From Puniceicoccaceae bacterium (GTDB lineage: Bacteria; Verrucomicrobiota; Verrucomicrobiia; Opitutales; Oceanipulchritudinaceae), in assembly GCA_040830765.1 (NCBI GenBank), contig JBFOMH010000003.1, forward strand, positions 1-64,000: a stretch of DNA of 64,000 nucleotides. Direction: 5' to 3'. Each line of letters begins with the position of its first letter. Position 1 is the stretch's first letter. Under the pieces are notes generated by a model. It saw only the letters and a program-made list of their open reading frames with translations, was not told where the DNA came from and ran no database searches. Shown one piece after another: positions 61,145 to 64,000 of the stretch. The position numbers and the translations under genes are program-made.

Positions 61145-62455
61145 ATGAAACTGGATGGACGGGAAAACGACCGGGAGCTCACACCCGCTGACTTGAGGGG
61201 AATCCTCAAGTATGTCCCCCTGTGGCGAAATCATACCTTTGTCATTGCCCTTGATGGATCCGTCATCGAGGAGGAGACCATCAACAACCTCATGTTGCAG
61301 CTGGCGGTCCTCAGCAACCTCGGCATCCGTCTCCTCATTGTCTACGGCATCGGCTCCCAGGTGAAGGGCCTCTCAAAGGAAAAGCGGATCCGCATCTCTG
61401 ACGCCCAGGGCTACGGCCCTACGGACCATGCCACCCTGGAACTGGCCATCGACGCCGCCAACCAGGTCGGGCACCGCATTGAGCGCGGCCTCACCCAGCA
61501 GCGGTTGAAGTGTGTCCGGGTCAATGCCGTCCGGGCGACGGACAAGGGCATTATCCGCGGGGTCAATCAGCTCTTCACTGGCAAGGTGGAGAAGGTTGAT
61601 GCGCGCCTGTTGGCCAAGTTGATGGAACAGGAACTGGTCCCGGTTATTGGCCCGGTAGCCTTTACCAAAGACGGCTCCGAACGGCGCATCAATTCCGACT
61701 CGCTTGCTTCTGAACTGGCCATTGCCCTCCAGGCTTCCAAGTTAATCTACCTGACTCCCTACCCCGGCCTGACCTACAAGGGTCAGCTCCGTCTCAATGC
61801 GGATGTTGGTGAAGTGAAGAAGCTGCTGGACAGCAACAGTGGCATGATTGACGAACCGGTCCGTTCCAAGGCAGCCTATGCCGTCAAGACGATCGAAGGA
61901 GGCATTCCCCGGGCCCACATCATCGACTGCCGCATTCATGACGGGCTGCTCAAGGAGGTTTTCTCAAAAGTGGGCATCGGATCGATGATTCACTCCAATC
62001 CCTACTCCCAGATCCGCCCGGCCCGGAAGAAGGATGTCGGTCCCATCTACGCCCTCACCAAGACAGCCGTCAAGGAAGAGTCCCTTCGTCCGCGGACCCG
62101 CCAAAGTATCGAGGCGGATTTTGCCGATTACTACGTCTACGAAATCGACGAAAGCGTCATCGGGTGTTTCCGCATCACCTCGTTTCCCCGCTCCCGGACT
62201 GTCGAGCTGGGCTCGGTCTTTGTCCATCCTGCCTATCAGGGTCGCCGAATCGGCAAGGCCATGGTGGAATTTGCGGTCAGCAAGGCCAAGGAGGAAGGCA
62301 AGCACCGGATGGTCGCCATGAGCACCCAGACGGCAGCCTTTTTCAAGGACACCTGCGGGTTCGAGCAGGGCACCAACGCCTTGCTTCCCAAGAAACTTCG
62401 CGAAGGCCTTCAGCGCAGTGGCCGCAATTCCCAGGTCTTTCACCTGGAGTTGTAA
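61145..62455 (+). CDS. argA: Amino-acid N-acetyltransferase (AAK + GNAT domains)
   Basis: YVPLWRNHTFVIALDG, LAIALQASKLI, EVFSKVGIGSMI, ELGSVFVHPAYQGRRIG. Confidence 0.9.
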   Translation: MKLDGRENDRELTPADLRGILKYVPLWRNHTFVIALDGSVIEEETINNLMLQLAVLSNLGIRLLIVYGIGSQVKGLSKEKRIRISDAQGYGPTDHATLELAIDAANQVGHRIERGLTQQRLKCVRVNAVRATDKGIIRGVNQLFTGKVEKVDARLLAKLMEQELVPVIGPVAFTKDGSERRINSDSLASELAIALQASKLIYLTPYPGLTYKGQLRLNADVGEVKKLLDSNSGMIDEPVRSKAAYAVKTIEGGIPRAHIIDCRIHDGLLKEVFSKVGIGSMIHSNPYSQIRPARKKDVGPIYALTKTAVKEESLRPRTRQSIEADFADYYVYEIDESVIGCFRITSFPRSRTVELGSVFVHPAYQGRRIGKAMVEFAVSKAKEEGKHRMVAMSTQTAAFFKDTCGFEQGTNALLPKKLREGLQRSGRNSQVFHLEL

Positions 62456-62459
62456 AAGG

Positions 62460-62856
62460 GCCGGTTGGCGGTAAGCCGGATTCTGTTCCCCTACCGAAGC
62501 AGGAGTGGCTCCCATTTGTCTATCCCACCGAAGCGGAATCCCCCGCTTCGTGCCAAGGCACTACGCGGAGGTGCGACTTACCCGGGACCGATGGACGGGC
62601 CGCCCGATCCCCTATTTAGTCTTGCACCAGATTGGGTTTTCCGTGCCCCTTCGGTTACCCTCCGGGCGGTGAGCTCTTACCTCACCTTTTCACCCTTACC
62701 CCAAGACGAGCTCGGGGCGGTATGTTTTCTGTGGCACTGTCCGTCACGCCGGCCTCACGCCCGGCGTGCCCCCGTTTTCACGGGGAATCTTGCCCTGTGG
62801 TGTCCGGACTTTCCTCTACCACCCCGAAAGATGACAGCGGGAGCCCGCCAACCGGT
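62460..62856 (-). ncRNA. rnpB: RNase P RNA, bacterial A type
   Basis: Minus strand has GAGGAAAGUCCGG, GGUAAGGGUGAAA, GUAAGAGC, AACAGAAUCCGGCUUA; ends pair (CCGGUUGGCGG / CCGCCAACCGG). Confidence 0.95.
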
Positions 62857-62898
62857 TAATGGACCAGCCTGCTCAATTCCCACCCCATGGCAACTCCC

Positions 62899-63026
62899 AA
62901 TCTTAATCTCAATCTTAGCCTTAATCTTAATCTTAGTCTTAATCTAATTCCACCGCAGAACCTTTTTCGCCCGTACCCTGATCCGCCGCAAGGAGGGGGA
63001 TTAAGATTAAGATTGAGATTAAGATT
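62899..63026. repeat. Two inverted arrays of AATCTT-like hexamers
   Basis: 8 units aatctt/aatctc/agtctt-type at 62899-62946 and about 5 units aagatt/gagatt at 62997-63026. Confidence 0.9.
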
Positions 63027-63735
63027 ACCTGTCGAAGTAAAGGATGCGGCCGCAGCTGTCGCAGCGGATGAGTTCCTTCCCCTTGCGCGCTTCGGATTCG
63101 ACCTCCCCGGAAACCTTGAGATGGCAGCCAAGGCAACGGCCATCGTCCATCTGAACCACGACCGGCGGGCGCTTAATCTGGCTCTTGACGTACTTGTACT
63201 GCTGCAGCACGCCTGCCTCAATCTCCGCCTCACAGGAAGAAACGGCATTCCGGGCATCCTCCAGTTCAGAGGCAAAGGAATCAAAATTCTGCCTCAACAG
63301 GGCAATGTGCGCCTCCAGGGTCTTTTGCTGTTGCCCGATGTCTTCCCGCGCATGGGATAATTCGACTGTCTTGGCATCAATGGCCTCGAGGACTTCCAGT
63401 TCGGTATCCTCGAGGTCGGAAATCTTGCCCTGCAGGGCCTTGATCTCGTTTTCCAGGGCGGTGTATTCCTCGTTTTTTTTGACCTGCATCTGCTGGGTCT
63501 TGTACTTGACGATGGCCGCCTCGGTCTGCTCCACCTCGCCCTCGAGGTCGAGTCGCCTGACTTCGAGATCGCGGGCTTCGGTTTCCAGGGTGGCAAGCGT
63601 TTCCTGCAGTTTCTTGATGTTGGCCTCCTCGGCCGAAATCTCGCCCGGAATGGCATCCAACTGGCGTTGAATCCCGTCGCAGCGGGAATCACGGTCCTGG
63701 AGAATCAAGAGCTTCTGCAACCATTCAGCCACCAT
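63025..63735 (-). CDS. Coiled-coil protein with C4-type zinc ribbon (CT398/HP0958-like)
   Basis: LLILQDRD, NEEYTALENEI, CLGCH, CDSCGRILY; start MVAEW. Confidence 0.9.
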   Translation of the reverse strand: MVAEWLQKLLILQDRDSRCDGIQRQLDAIPGEISAEEANIKKLQETLATLETEARDLEVRRLDLEGEVEQTEAAIVKYKTQQMQVKKNEEYTALENEIKALQGKISDLEDTELEVLEAIDAKTVELSHAREDIGQQQKTLEAHIALLRQNFDSFASELEDARNAVSSCEAEIEAGVLQQYKYVKSQIKRPPVVVQMDDGRCLGCHLKVSGEVESEARKGKELIRCDSCGRILYFDR

Positions 63736-63844
63736 ATGCTGGCAATGGATGCCTGCCTCGACAAAAATGGCAAACGCAAAACCCCGCCAAAGGGAGGCTT
63801 TTTTGCCGTTGCCGCTTGGGGAGGCGGTTATCCATGATGCGGGA

Positions 63845-64000
63845 ATGATTGGGTTGAACGATGCCTTTATCGAGGGTTCGGTGGACAAACCATCCGCCCG
63901 CGAACTGGTGGAGGCCATCTTTAACAGGGAAGGATTCCTTGAGCACAACCTGCAACTGGACCATCGGCCCCAGCAGGCCGCAATGGCTATCCACACCATC
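63845..64000 (+). CDS. DinG/YoaA-like helicase, N-terminal fragment (3' partial)
   Basis: Hand translation MIGLNDAF...IFNREGFLEHNLQLDHRPQQAAMA.. resembles the Q-motif start of DinG-family helicases. Confidence 0.6.
   Translation, partial: MIGLNDAFIEGSVDKPSARELVEAIFNREGFLEHNLQLDHRPQQAAMAIHTI

Noticed and set aside
62899..63026. CRISPR array
   Set aside because: 6-bp tandem units without unique spacers; no cas genes in the window.
62856..63360. ORFs with LNLNL / RLRLR runs
   Set aside because: Translation artefacts of the hexamer arrays.

Overview
GC-rich bacterial chromosomal window, densely coding. Gene content and the C-terminal DxDxDG..EY..P tails on secreted proteins suggest Verrucomicrobiota/Opitutia (inference). 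Layout: (1) 1-17 kb carbohydrate-utilisation region (aldo/keto reductase, two paralogous uncharacterised GH-like proteins, GH106, two sulfatases, GPH transporter); (2) 19-31 kb sugar-redox operons around a PAS-AraC regulator, plus a GT2 / TIGR03663-like / ApbE group; (3) 37-43 kb two-component locus (LuxR-type regulator, hybrid kinase) set head-to-head with an unlisted 55-aa signal-peptide ORF, a short YcaO-like enzyme and a lone receiver protein, which is the best candidate for an undescribed RiPP-based peptide signalling system; (4) 43-50 kb surface proteins and a TonB-dependent receptor; (5) 50-64 kb mostly housekeeping (membrane pyrophosphatase, rlmN, metF, xerD, argA, rnpB, Zn-ribbon protein, start of a DinG-like helicase). 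No CRISPR array, rRNA, tRNA or IS element was recognised. All calls come from reading motifs by eye; no database searches were run.
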